Source: Eledone cirrhosa
Taxonomy: Eukaryota
NCBI GenBank assembly: GCA_964016885.1
Contig: OZ024741.1
Span: 186,434,001 to 186,498,000, forward strand
Length of the DNA: 64,000 nucleotides
Direction of reading: 5' to 3'
Both the position numbers and the translations under genes were made by a program. The notes beneath the pieces are model-generated. The model had not been told where the DNA came from, ran no database searches, and saw only the letters and a program-made list of their open reading frames with translations. Below, piece by piece: positions 39,382-53,917 of this stretch. Numbering within the stretch: the stretch's first letter is position 1; every line of letters begins with the position of its first letter.

Positions 39382-42300
39382 AGACGCACATGAAGACGTA
39401 CAAGTCTGCGGGGGAAAAGGTTCGTAACTTTAAGCTATTTTAAAGTATCATTTTTTGTATTTTCTTGTCGTTAACGAAGCATAAGGTACCCACCTTGATT
39501 CTAAGGAACGGAAAACACTCAATATTCGGGCTTTAAGCTCGAATATTCAGATTTATTTTTAAAAACTTCGAAAGAAATTGCTTCCCCACCAAAAAAATAA
39601 TATGGAAATTTTCGACCTTGTAACGGTAAACAACGTACAGGTCAAAAGTTCAAAAACGGCCACTATAGATCTCACCACAACTACTACTGCTACAGACATG
39701 CCTGTCGTCCATTCCACTGAATGTGAAGGCAAAACACAAAAGTTACCATCACAACCGCTCCCTTCTGTGATAGTAGCAGTACCATCTCAAAACGACATCA
39801 TTTCAGTGCAGATACACAAAGTGGAACTCGCCAGCCAAGCAGAGGTCAAGGCTGCTTTGAAGTGCATCGGAAGTGACATCGAGTACAAAGCAAGGGCCAA
39901 ACTGTTCGGTACCATCTCGGTACTGTTCAAAACCGAGGCCCTTTCTATTAAGCACTCGGTGACCCCCTGCAGAACGGAACGCATTATCATACACTCGTCC
40001 TACATGGGCAAAAGGACAGTAAAGGTCCGCATTCCCAGGATCCCACCAGGAATGAACATATGGTGGCTCCTGGGATGCGTAATCAAGGAGGGGACAGACA
40101 CTACCCTCCTGGATATCAAAAGGACAGAGAGAGAAGACTGATCCGGAATGGATTTGGAGATTCTTCTCCAAATGAAACCAGAGGAGATCAACAACATACC
40201 GGATTTTGCCCGCCTGCAGGACGGGACAACAATCCAATTAATCACTGAGGAAAGAAGGCCGCTCTGCTTCGTCTGCGGGGAAGAAACACATCTGCAAGCC
40301 TTCTGCCCTCAGCTCAAAAATACAGGGGATCGCAAACCTCCTTTGTTGCCAACGCCAGTGTCAGCATGGAAAGCTGCACCACCACCATCAAAATAACACC
40401 AACAATGACACGGGTAACCCCACCAACATCAAAAACAGTCGGACCACCATCAGCACCGAAACCAATCCAAGGGAAAAACGATAAAAGCTCTCCCACTCCC
40501 CTACCCCTCCAATTATACACACAGACAAAACAATAAACGCACACACAGACACAGATACACTAACAGCCACAGAACCTTTGTCTTCCAGCAGTGAAGATGA
40601 AGGAAAACAAAAAAACAAAAGAGAAAACTCACCAAAAAAAAAAGCCCCAACAAAACAGAAAAACATACACAACAAAAATTACAGACACCATTCACGCAAA
40701 AACTTCCCCAATAACATCAACACCAACATCAACATCAACACCACACCCCACAATCCCCGACACGCAAACAATCTAAACAAACACAAGAACAAATAAACAC
40801 ACAGCCTCCTGAAATTGCAGACACCACACCTACAACAAACACAGACATACCCGAAACAACACCACCAAAACCATCACCACCACAGTCACCAAAACGAAAA
40901 CAAATAAAACCACACCAACAAAACATTAAAAACTTCGTGCTTGTCAGAAGGGTCAACGATAAATTGATGGCCCTCTTAGCACGAAGCGAGGACATCCAAA
41001 CAGAGGGGAGAACTTTGAATTGAACACATTTTGCGTGCCAGAAGATTTACTTCTGGTGCGAATGTCGCTCGATTCCTACAAAGAAATTCGAGAGAGCTTT
41101 CCTCAAGACGTGGGGACCCCGAACGTAAATCACACATCAAGACTTTTAAAGGGGTTCGCGAAAGAAACCCCACCAACCATTGATGTCGAACCACCCGACC
41201 TTCACAAGACCCCGGAAGGTATGTAAACCTTCCCTCTCTCGTTTAGCTTGCCAGCATGGCCATATTAAGAGTAGGAAGTTTAAATGTTCGCGGCCTGGCG
41301 TCACCCTGGAAGCAGGGTCACCTGCTCAAAGACCTAAGGTCTCTGGAAATGGATGTGATTGCCTTCAGCGAGACCAGGATTTCCGACACGCATGCACTAG
41401 CCCCCATTTTCGACGACTATCAGATCTTCGCATGTGTTAGCTGGCCGGGAATGGGAGGTGGGGTGGCAGTGCTGTTTAGGAAAGGTCTGGACTCGAGATA
41501 AGGTTGATCTTCCAGGACCAGGACGGTAATTTCGTGGTCCTGGATGTGAGCAGTAGCGAATGTGGTGCCTTTAGACTGCTGGCCGCTTACGCCCTTACTG
41601 GGGCCGGACGACTGGACTTCTTTAGGCGCCTGGAAAACTTTCTGTGTACCTCTCGCCGCCTACTGTTAGTGGGGGACTGGAACGCCATCTTAGACGCACG
41701 CTGGGATTATGTGGGAGTAGCTGATAGGAGCGGGGGGGGTGCAAAAGCCTCAACCACCTAATCAGCCAATTCCAACTATCTGACAAGTATCGACTAGATT
41801 TCCCCCAATGCGCCAGTGTGGACGTGGACCAACCGCATAGGGTCATCTCGATCGTATATAGACAGGATCTTCATTAGGAAAATAGATAGAAATAGTGTAG
41901 GCCAATTTTTAAAACGGATAATCCTATTCAGATCACAAATTTGTGATCTGTTTAGTCGACTTAGATAAAACGCGTAGGTTGGGACCGGTTACTGGAAGCT
42001 GAACATGTCATTTCCGGCGCGTAAGGCTTACAGGGACCGAGTCAACTATTTAGTTAAGCAAAAGTTGACAGAGGCGATAATCAACAACAGACGGATTGGA
42101 GTAACTTCGATAGAGTTCAGCAAAGAAGTAGCGTTAGAGAAAAATAGCAAGGTGGGGGAGCTGGTAGATAAGTTAGACGAGGCTATTTGTAGTGGCATTG
42201 CAACTGACGTGCTAGCGGCGAGAATGGCATTAGACCATTTCTTCAATGCCAAACACGAAGGTTGCATTGTCAGAGCTAAGACGCGTGAAAACCAAAGCTG

Positions 42301-44722
42301 TTCGATGGGCCCGCGTGGCGGAGGCGCAGCGTGGTAATAAAACACCAATTCGTTCTTTGGCGGACCGAGAAGGACACGAGATAAGGGATTCCAAGTGGAT
42401 GTGTGAGGCCTTTCGCCAGCACTTTGCTCGGTTGTTCGGAGAGATTAGCGAATTTCAGTCCCTACCTTGACGGATTGCCTCGCATCTCGACGGTCGAGGC
42501 TGAGCGCTGCGAAATGCCGATTACTTCAGTCGAAATTTAGGACGCCCTTGTCGGCTGCATGAGGCGCAAGTCACCCGGTTTGGATGGCCTGCCCTACGAG
42601 CTTTACGTAAATATGCCAGACTTGTTCTCCGATCTCCTCGAACTACTCTACGGCAACTGGCAGCAGAATGGAAGTATACCCAGTTCTGTGAGCAGGGGAG
42701 TGATGACGCTGATGAGGAAAGACGAGAACAAAAGAGATACATTAGACAACTTCAGGCCCATAACTCTGCTCAACACAGAGTTTAAGATGTTGGCCAAGGT
42801 GTTAGCAAAGAGATTGGCGCTTGTCGTCGAGGATTTGGTTGGGAAGGCGCAAACTTGTGCAATCCCAGCCAGGTCCATACACGACAATCTTCATCTAATG
42901 CGATACATCATAGAGAGGGCAGGGTGCATACCTGGCTTCGGTGGGGGCACTGATCAATTTAGCATTCGGTAAGGTAGACCATGGGTATCTGGAGTTTGTC
43001 CTCAAAGCAGCTGGCTTCGACCCTGTCTTCAGAAACTGGGTCGCTGCAATGCACAGCGGCACATGTTCGGTGGTCAAGGTTAATGGCCACCTCTCGGAAC
43101 CATTTCGGCTCTCGCGATCGATTCATTACCAACAACTGCAGGTTTTACAGCCTCCACCCCCACCAGCACCACAGCGACAACGGAAACAAACAAAAAAATA
43201 TTATCTCGTGACATCGAAATAGATTCAACCAGAATCGACTCTTCCACGCTGAACACAACTGACACCACCACCACAACTGAAACCAAAAGTACCAATAACA
43301 AAAATAACAATAACAACAACATCAACAACAACAACAATGAGAATAACAACAACAACATCAACACCAGCCAAAACAAAATGTGTCGTTTGCCAAAGCAGCC
43401 AAGAAAAGCGAAACAATCGAGGTAAGACAGGATGAATTAAATGAGCCAAGAGAATGGTAAAATAAGATGGGTACAGGGTCAGCCTCACCCCGCCATCTAA
43501 TAAAATGGAGCATCGGCGCCTATTCACCGTGTCATATCGGACTATAAACACAAAATCACGCCGAGGGAAACGGGCATCCGAGTCCTCTACGTGGAGGGCT
43601 GGGCAAGCCGTGGCTGATGATGCGCAAACACGCGCTCAGGCTACATCTCCACCTCTTTCTCGACGGTGATCAGGTGTGGTCGCCGTTTGCTAGACGCGTC
43701 TTTCACCAGCTTGTCTCCTTGACGGAGCTGCCGTCCTGGGTCAAGCGAAGACCGAGAGGGAGCGCTTGGAGACTGGAATGTCTTCAGGTGCTCACAGCCC
43801 TCGACCAGTCGGGCAATGTGATCGGTGGAAACTCAACCTTGGCGTTCTATAGAAGATTAGTGGAGGGGAAGAGGGATGACGTACTTGGGGAAACTCTAGG
43901 CGCCGAACAAAATAAACTAGCCAATCTCTTCGGAAGAACTTTCGGGCCGGGGCCTATGGACAATTTCCAGAATTCCCTGGCCTGGCAGTGCTACCGAGGA
44001 GCTTTGCTAGTTCGGGATAAACTCTGCAGGCATGGAGGTGCCGTCAGCCGGGAATTTCCGAGATGCGCGCAGGGCGACGAAACCGTCCTGCACGCACTCG
44101 TCCAGTGTCCAAGCATTGCTGACTTGATGGTTCATGTCGAACACCTGTTGTCTCGTGTAGAACGGATCTGGCCATCAGCTGAGTCCATCGTGAGGATTGC
44201 CCCGCCCTCTTCCTTTACCCAGGAAGAGCAGGCAGTTTTTATCTGTTTGGTGGCCATGGCGAAAGATATAGCATGATGGACGCGTCTGAATGGGCTGAAG
44301 ACGAGCACTTACCTCTTCGGTGATGCCCTGATTAACCTTTTCAAATTTCATTTGAAAAGGAAAATCATGGTAGAGAGGGAAGTGCTCTCTTCCCAGAATT
44401 TTTTTGAAAGATGGGTGAGAGAGGCAAGAATGGCCCGAGTGAATGGGCCTACTCTGAGTATGTGTCTGTAAATTAAAGGTGGAAAACTGGGAGAGGGCAC
44501 TTGCCCTTGTGGTCAGGGTCACTGTGGCTTTTTAATGGGCTTTCTCCACAAATGTCCCTCGGAAGTCTCCCCCTATTGGGGAATTTTTCTTTGTTATTTT
44601 TTTGTAACATTCTCTGTTTTTGTTTTTTACACGCAGAAATGCCCATTTGTACCCTCCTGTATTGTCCTGTACTGTCCTTAATGTCTACTTTATGTAAACC
44701 CTTGTGCTTAATAAAGAAAGCA
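39382..44722 (+). mobile_element. L1/Tx1-clade LINE, near full length but pseudogenised
   Basis: ORF1 pieces 39578-41226 with KVRIPRIPP and the knuckle CFVCGEETHLQAFC. ORF2 from 41256: MAILRVGSLNVRGL, FSETR, VGDWNA, KSPGLDGLPYE, NFRPITLLNTEFK, C-terminal RCAQGDETVLHALVQC. 3' end aataaag. Confidence 0.9.
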
Positions 44723-44732
44723 TTAATATTAT

Positions 44733-44922
44733 TATCGGTAGAGGGTCAGACGCCATGCTTTGACGCATAGAGTTACGGCCCTTGCCATTCTGAGTTCAAA
44801 TCCCACCGAGGTTAACTTTGCCTTTCATCCTTCCAGGGTCGATAAAATAAAGTACCAGTAATGCACTGGTTAATTGCTGGCATTGTGCCCAAAGTAGAAA
44901 CAATTATTATTAATATTATTAT
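44733..44922 (+). mobile_element. SINE
   Basis: Head (5' clipped), core and tail. Confidence 0.9.
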
Positions 44923-45109
44923 TAGCTGTTTGTGAAAATGAGGCACTGTAGGCTCTCGTAATTTTCTTTTCACATATTTAAATACTTGATTCATTAAAAT
45001 TGTTTATTTCGAAGGGGGCATAAAGCCTGTCTTTGCCTTCGGGGGAGGCCTGATAATATTTGAATTTACAATTTGAATTTACGCCCACAATCTTTTTTTT
45101 TTTTTTTTT

Positions 45110-46100
45110 ACTGGAGGTGACACACCATCCACATCCAGCGAGAGTACGTCCAGAAGTTGACAATTGTGTCACGTCCACCACTATAGACAATACCAGCAAG
45201 GCCAGCGTCGCAACTACCACCACCATCAACAACAACAAAAACAAGACCAACAGTAACAGCAGCAGCAGCAAAAACCGACTCGAAAGCAGCCATGTAACAA
45301 CTGTAACTACAGCAAAAACAGAAACAGCAGAACAAGGGCAATGACAACAGCAACAACAACGACAACAGTAGCAGCAAGAGCAGAAACAACAGCTGTAACA
45401 ACTGCAACCAGAGCGATAACAGCAACATCGGCAACGACAACAAAATCAACAGCAACAAAAAAAAACAAAAAGCACATTCGCAGCAATTACTTCGAAAACC
45501 ACGGAAGTCTTCCCAATAGACCAGGAGGCAAGAAAGGTGGACTCACTCACCCAAAGTTGAAACAGTTGAAAGAATTTAGGTGAACATATGTGTGCCATCT
45601 GATATGTAGGCAGCGACTGAAGAAAACCCTAACTTACAGATGTAACGGCATCAAGTCCAAAAAGCCGGCACTGCCCCCTATCCCACCACCACCAATCCCA
45701 CGTGGATGCAGCTCTAAAGAGTTTGATGCCAGACGTACATCATGGTGCAAGGGTGAAGCAGTTTCGCAGAACTTGAAATGTGAGGATTTCGCGGAGAAGT
45801 ACTCTCTGGTCCCCTGTAAAGCGGACTGATCATATAATGTCCCGCTTTTACTGTGGTAGAAGGATGTTGAAGGTCCGAATTTCTGGGATTCCGTCTGAAT
45901 TATTTGGTAGGATCTAGCATCATTGTCCTGTATGGAGGTGAATCACTACTAGAAGTAAAGAGGACCCTGGCGGAGAACTGATCTGGGATCAGTCTGGAAG
46001 TATTTCCTCCGAACAAACCAGAGAAAATTGACAAGATCCCAGGCGTAATTTGCCTTCCTGATGGGAATTCACGTTTCTCCCTCGCCCCCACTAATCCCCA
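45110..46100 (+). pseudogene. Decayed ORF1-like fragment related to the L1/Tx1 ORF1
   Basis: (ACA)-rich segment, then KVRISGIPSE and LEVFPPNKPEKIDKIPGVICLPDG, matching KVRIPRIPPG and LEILLQMKPEEINNIPDFARLQDG at 40020-40230. Confidence 0.6.
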
Positions 46101-46563
46101 AAGCCCAACAGAAAATTCAAACAATGGAAGAATTTAAAAGGAATAAGTTATAGAATTCTTTAAGCAATGTGCAAATGTCTTGAAAGCTTCCCTGTTCAAA
46201 TACAAAACTAAGACTGGAGCAACATTATACATATGTCCAGATACGGTGAGCTATGTTTAAACCATGACTATCACCACCACAATAATCTGAACTAAACACA
46301 TACGAATCCTTATTTCTAGGATTTTATATAAACATTAAAGCCAACAAAGTCTTGATATTAAAAAAGAGCTTGCTATTGACAGAAGAACTTATCTGTTACA
46401 GATGTTGCAAACATAACAAAAAAAACATTGTTATTTTCATAATGCCTAAATTCTTTAGTCATTTCCTGCATGTGGTAGAAACTCGATATCCCATTATATT
46501 TAGTACTCTTTAGAATCTTCATATAAAATGTTACACTTCAAAGGACTAAGATTGGTGACTTAC

Positions 46564-46768
46564 TTAAGTCATATTTACGCCATCTTCTATACTTAAATGT
46601 ATTACAAATTAAGTGCGATGAACATGACCCATCGCCTTTTAGCTGATAGATGTAATTCGTCACCAGGTTAAACACCCTCACACTGTATTTGGATGTATTT
46701 AATGGAGTTCTCTTTGTTGCAAGATTCACGCCAGGTTTCCTGTCTGCCTTTCGACCATCAGAGAGTCC
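46564..46768 (-). CDS. Putative internal coding exon (205 nt) of an unidentified host gene
   Basis: ctgtttcAG|GGA...TTAA|GTAAGT; only one open frame: GLSDGRKADRKPGVNLATKRTPLNTSKYSVRVFNLVTNYIYQLKGDGSCSSHLICNTFKYRRWRKYDL; non-repetitive. Confidence 0.55.
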
Positions 46769-48074
46769 CTGAAACAGGTTATGCACGCTGTTTTTCCTGT
46801 TACGAAGAAAATATTTATAAATACACAATACATTACACATCACACTGTAGTAGACGATGTTAGTTTATAATTCTACTTAATTTGTTTAGGGTAATGTGTG
46901 AAATTATAGATAATTTGTAGCATTTAATTGTGTGTATATGTATTATGAGTTCAAATCCCAACGGGGGAAAAATTCAATGTAATAATTTTGATGTCGACAA
47001 AATAATGTACTGGTTGTTGTTTTTGCTTGTTTGGTTGTTGTTGTTGTTGTTATTATAATACATTTACAAAATGATACTCCAGCCATGATCATACCGTGTC
47101 ATTCAAGTAATGTTACTAGGACATCATGCAATATAACCTTCGTTTTAAAACCGAGTGGAGGTGAGGTCTGTGGAACATTTAGCTGATAATGTTTTAGTGT
47201 AAAATTGAGTCCCCCTTGAATAGGTAGCAGTTAAGTACGACGATCGATTAATTAATTAAACATTCCCATTATGGTAGATGGATCGATTGTGTGTCGGATA
47301 GAATACATTGGGACATTTGTTCTTGCTTTGTAGTTATAAACAAAATACCAGTGAGGTGCTGGGATCGAATGTCTTTTCCTTCCTTCATAATTCCTCTGTA
47401 TTTCTCTCTCTCTCTCTCTCTCAGTCACTTATATGCACACTCCCACACAGAATTCTCTATAGTTAACAAGATAGTATCTTGTAAAACACATGGAAATCAT
47501 CTTTGAATTCAAACAGAAAAATTTCTTGACACGCACATAGTACTTGTAAAGGAATTGTTTGTGAATCTGATGGAGCATCTTTCCTATCATTTTTTAAAAT
47601 AATCATTTGGTCCCTTTTCAAAGTTACGCAGCGTTGTTCAATTAAGTGAATGCAAAGTGAAGATCACCAATGAGAGAATGTAGGCTTAACACAATTTATT
47701 CCGTGAGACATGGTACACAAAATAACTAAGTCATAGTTGATACCAATTGCCGGCGTTTCGTTATGTTTTTTTTTTTCGATAACACCATTTCATTATGCAT
47801 GATCTTACTTCATCACGTGTATCATATCATCTAGCAATGTTCAGATTCATATCAAAATCTCCGAAGTTTAAATCAACATTACCAATTATGAGGACTATTT
47901 TCATTACTTGGCGTGTGTTATAGCTTATTAAGAAAAGTGAAATTCCGCGTTATTTGCATTTTAGGCCACCAAAGATACTTCTTGATTAGATACGAGAAAC
48001 CGCAACCATTTTACGAGTAGTTTAAGTGTTGAACAACAGTAGAGATAGTAGAGAACTAAGCTTAACACAGTGAC

Positions 48075-48358
48075 GGAAGGTGCTGTAGTGGATAGACCGT
48101 TCGTCCCGCAATCGCAAGATCGTGAGTTTGGTCCCTGGTGGCATGCTGTATCCTTGAAGGCGACACTTTATTTCACGTTTCGCTACTCGACTCAATTAGG
48201 AAAATAGTGTATACCTGTAATACGAAGGGCCTGGCTTGTCACACAATAAGTTACACTGAATCTCCCTGAATATTTCGTTAAGAATACACATTTTGGGGGA
48301 ATGCTCAGTCATGCATAATATTTTCATGAGCAGGCTTTTCTGTTGATCAAACAACAAC
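48075..48358 (+). mobile_element. Older tRNA-derived SINE of a second family
   Basis: A/B-box-like head (tgtagtggatag...gtgagtttggtccc) followed by ccttgaaggcgacactttatttcacg and cactgaatctccctga... Confidence 0.6.
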
Positions 48359-49067
48359 TATGGTTTCGTTAATTAGTTTCTTGTATTTTTGATGCATTCT
48401 AGATATATTTTATATCTCTTGTTATTTTCAGTTCAAAAACTGTCTTTCATCCAAACCACGAAACAAGTATGTACGGGACATAGATGAATTGATAGGGTGA
48501 AAGTCACAAGCCTTTTCAAACTTCTGGTCTTCTGCTAAAGTCAAACTATTGGTAGTCTTGTTTCATGGAAAACTGGGTATTATATTTGAATCTATCACAT
48601 CACCACTAGATTTTCATCAGCTAAAATTAAGTCTAACGAAATAAAAGTAGTTTTGTATATAATATCTCAACAGAATAGATATATTACAAGTGAGATATGT
48701 CAAGCAATAGCGTAAAATGTTGTAATGAAATAGAAATAAATTATGTCCATGTCATGTTTCTTTATTGGTTCATTTGACCTAGTTTTGAGTTCAAACATCC
48801 AGCGAGTCTATTAATATATTTAACTAATTCATGTAACTAAACAAAATTATATTTTAACAACAACTGAAATGTTCGCTCTACGATAGTTGGTTTCGTGTAA
48901 TAAATGAGTTTCAGGGATATAAATACGCGAAAAAGTAATTAACCACAAGTAATTATATTGCTTCAAAATTTCATAGATGGTACTAATATCATACGAAATA
49001 GGATATTTTCAGCAAGAATAAAAATGAAAATAAAAAAAAGATAAATAAAACCAAAAAGGCTACTTAC

Positions 49068-49103
49068 ATAGTTCAACTGAGGTCGTATAATTTGAGGAAA
49101 CAT
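49068..49103 (-). CDS. Putative first coding segment (MFPQIIRPQLNY) of the same host gene
   Basis: ATG...TAT|GTAAGT in phase 0, joining 46768 in frame; lies in a ~3-kb island nearly free of repeats. Confidence 0.45.
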
Positions 49104-49339
49104 GGGCAGTGTTTGTAATCTGTAATTTTCTCTCCAGCCTCAAGCTGTTATCACGTGATGAAACTCCAGCACAGCAACATTATTTGGTGTGGAATAGTCG
49201 GTGTTATAAATTAGTTTATGTAGGTAATGAATGCATGTTGTTCACTAAAATTGATTAGATGAGATGGTCAAAGATCTTTAATTCATTTGGTTGTTCCGGC
49301 AAATTTGAATAAATGAAGATAATATGAAGATATTGCACG

Positions 49340-49560
49340 TATTTTAGCCGGGGATCCGTACAGGATGGTGGAAACTAAAGGGGAGCTGTCGTTGCTGTCG
49401 TTCTGATTTAATCGCATCATTGTTTCCGAGGAATTAAGGCAAATATCACCAGTGACATTGCGATGTCAAAGATCAAATTGTAGTTAGGCGCTGGTGAGGG
49501 TCATGAATATTTGCTGACCAATGAGAGAAGTTCTACTAATTATATGCGATAGCCCGCTTA
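49340..49560 (-). promoter_or_regulatory. Possible promoter region
   Basis: Locally CpG-enriched unique DNA upstream of the putative first exon; gaCCAATga at 49516-49524. Confidence 0.3.
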
Positions 49561-50750
49561 CAGAATATTCTATTAAACAATCATAAATTCTGATTTCTTT
49601 TGATTTAATATTAAGAGCAAAATCCCTTCAAAATTCAACCAAATTCTTCTCAGGACCACGAAACAACATAGTAATTAATACGATAAAAATTTGATTACAA
49701 GGGATTCAGATTCAATGAATACGAAAATGACATTTAGGAAAAGCATGCGCGTCGCGGCTTCACGGATTATTAACTATATAGCTTGGCAACATATTCTATA
49801 CACTTCTAAGATACAATCTTGTTTTGAGCACTTTTTAACTTTTCTCTTACAATATAAAGAAAAATTATATATATATATATATATATTTGAAAATAGTTGC
49901 TTTTGGAGGAAGGTGCCACATTGCAGATAACTAAATACAGTGAGATGGAGAGGACGAAAGAGATGAAGGCGATGGCAGTTGAAATTCGGCTCTTCCGTGT
50001 TCGGATACATTGCACCATGTGGATCATAGATTTATGCAACAACCTTTGTTATGTTCCAAATACCAATTTAATACCCAGACGGTCATCTTTTCACTAAACA
50101 TAATAGTTAAATAAAACGAGTAAATTACACATGGAGATGAAACAATAGACACAATGGCGTGCAGTATTGTGCATCGACCGCTGGTCGTGATAGGGAGGTT
50201 GGTATTACTTTCAATTAATACTAGAACAAACCTGAACAATTATATAGATGATCATAGATATTCTGACTTTAATTAGTTTTAAGCAGTAGGGTGTATTACG
50301 AACAGTCTCATTATTTGTGGTATTTATACTAACATATTAATTAAATAGTAAATATGCATGCACATATTTCTTCTGTGTATTTAACATGTCTCTTCTTACA
50401 TGTTCCTTTTTACGGCGTAGCTGAAAGTTTAAAACTGTTGTTATTCATAATTTATCTTGGATTTCTTGAGTTGCTAATGTTATTGTAAACATAGCATACG
50501 GTAATTTAGAAAATTCGATACTTTAGGGTAGATGAGCACAAATATTTAGATATTGGGGTACATCGCTGGAGGTCTTTCAACCAGATGTCTGGTCTAGCCA
50601 AATATGAAGATTGTCTGCTATTCAAGCAATAATATAACACGTTTTACAAATTGCCTGACCAGCTGAGATAATATATATTATTTCATTTTAATATTGTTAT
50701 ACTGCGTTATATTACGTTTCGGAAAGCAGATATCACAATATATATTTGTC

Positions 50751-50917
<167 letters not shown>

Positions 50918-51101
50918 AGTTTCTTACATTTGCGCACATGCATACATTTGGTGCTCAATCAGTTCGTCGAAGCGAAACACATATACATACACATGCACAT
51001 GCACTCAAACACGCACTACTATTTCTGCATGTTTTTTATATGTATATATATATATATATATACCATTAAACACACGTATATATATATATATATAATATAT
51101 A

Positions 51102-51205
51102 TAATTGTTTCTACTTTTGGCACAAGGCCAGCAATTACCCAGTGCATTACTGGTACTTTATTTTATCGACCCCGTAAGGATGAAAGGCAAAGTCAACCTC
51201 GGCGA
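51102..51205 (-). mobile_element. SINE 3' part
   Basis: Reverse-complement core and tail. Confidence 0.88.
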
Positions 51206-51233
51206 TATAATAATATATATATATATAATATAT

Positions 51234-51396
<163 letters not shown>

Positions 51397-51413
51397 ATGA
51401 ATGAATATATATA

Positions 51414-51469
<56 letters not shown>

Positions 51470-51943
51470 CTTTATATACATATTGGCGGTATAAAATACA
51501 ATAGTAAACACACGAGTGATAGTAGGGCAAAGAGATTCAGTTACATATCTTGCCTTCAGGACAACAAAACAAATATACCGCCACTCTAAGAAATTCTGAT
51601 ATTTGTTGCATAAACATAGCTTACATTAGCCTAAAAGAAACAACAACCGTTTTGTACTAAAACCCCTTTAGAATTTGAAGGTAACCACAAATTATTTTCC
51701 CCAGACAGTTGGTCTTTCGAACAAATGGGATCATTTTCCATATTACACCGTCGGTGCTTCAGAATCAAACCTACAGTCAAGTGTTTTTCTAATGCACTAA
51801 GAGGACTTGCACTTGATGGTATGTTGATTTAAGTTAGCCACTAATACATGAATATCTACTTGCAATATGTATATACATACATATATATATGTGTGTGTGC
51901 GTGTGTGTGTGTATGTGTGCGTGTGTGTGTATGTATGTATATA

Positions 51944-51993
<50 letters not shown>

Positions 51994-52061
51994 CGTATGT
52001 ATACACACATATACATATATACACATACATATACATACACACACACCGGCACACACGGAGG

Positions 52062-52207
<146 letters not shown>

Positions 52208-52335
52208 TGTTGATTTAGAGTATATCTGTATACGTGTCGATAAGCCAGGTGTAGCGTTTACATATATGATGACATATATATATATACGATGAAAAATAGA
52301 GACACACTTTAAGTACAATTCACGCACACACACAA

Positions 52336-52427
<92 letters not shown>

Positions 52428-52492
52428 GCGCACACATACGCACACACACCCACACTCACACACACATATATATACATACATATTTATATATA

Positions 52493-52523
<31 letters not shown>

Positions 52524-53345
52524 TCATACATAATATGTATGTGTATATATATATATGTATATTTATCAACAGTATATCTAATCTGATGCACACATATTCA
52601 CATACATTACACACACATACAACCACACACGCAGACACAGAGAAACTCATATATTTACATATATGATCCATATGACTATGCGCTGTAGTATTTGTAAATC
52701 CCCAGAAGCAAGTTCATTTGGTGCAGTTTGTACAGTACTGTTCTGTACTGTAATGAACTTATCATTAAGTGGATATAGCTGTAATTATACTTAAAATCTT
52801 AACAATCTGACAAGATTTTTCCTAGGCTTGGTTTCAATACGGGACCTCAGCATACATGGAAACGTAATAACTACCTTTCCACATTAAGAATTACATTCAT
52901 ATTTAGTAATTTCGTTCAAGAAGGATTGTCAAAATGGCCATGAAATCTGTTAATTATTATATCTTTCTGTTGTAAATTTTGTTGTATTTATTTAGCTGCA
53001 GGTTAGACATGATTGACAGTTGACAGTCTGTTGTAACAGTGATCATCCCGATTGGTTTTTCAGCAATAATGTATTTACTTCTACATTATCCTTTGAAGTT
53101 TATTGAGATGTGATTTCAAAGATAATGAACTGCTATTTCTAGCTAGTCGAGTGTCCATGTAAACAGATCTTCCTTTTCGAATTACACTTCAAGAAATTCG
53201 AAGTGTTATGTGGTTTCGGTAAAAAGAATTAAAGATGTTAGACTTTACTGTTAGTGGAAATTTCATTCGTATCTCAACACTACATAACGCAGAGGGAAAT
53301 GTGGCTGAGGTGAAATAAAGGGTTGTAATAGTATTACACACACAC

Positions 53346-53346
<1 letters not shown>

Positions 53347-53394
<48 letters not shown>
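53347..53394. repeat. (GATA)n tetranucleotide repeat
   Basis: Seen directly. Confidence 0.95.
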
Positions 53395-53572
53395 TACAGT
53401 GTACCCCTAGCATTCGTGGTCCCGGTTATTCGCGCAATTTTCCTTCGTGCAATTACCGCATATTCGCCGGATCGTAAATATCTTCCGCGATTTTTGTAGC
53501 TTTTTACGTGGCAATGTATATTTTAAACTCTTTTTAACGCTAAATTATTCATAACAATATACCGGGGGACAA

Positions 53573-53617
<45 letters not shown>

Positions 53618-53619
<2 letters not shown>

Positions 53620-53917
53620 GTTGCCCCCCGGTATATTGTTATGAATAATCACTTTTTCATTTTTTCATTACCACTAAAAGGGGTCTGACGAGCCGAGTCT
53701 TACAGAGTCAGGCTAGATCGATACATATCGAAACTTGAGATGATCGGTGACGAAACGCGCATCTCCAACCAATAAACGTAATGAAGGAGTAACCACTCGT
53801 CCTTGTTTTATTTTACTATACTTCACTCTGTCTAGCTCTACACCTCGACACAGAAGAGAACCTAAACATCGAGTGCTCACCCAGGTGAACCTACTGTAAC
53901 TCCACGTTACACTCCCT

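Noticed and set aside
40139-40141. In-frame TGA in the L1/Tx1 ORF1 as a readthrough signal
   Set aside because: The element has many other stops and frameshifts; simple decay (probably TGG>TGA) suffices.
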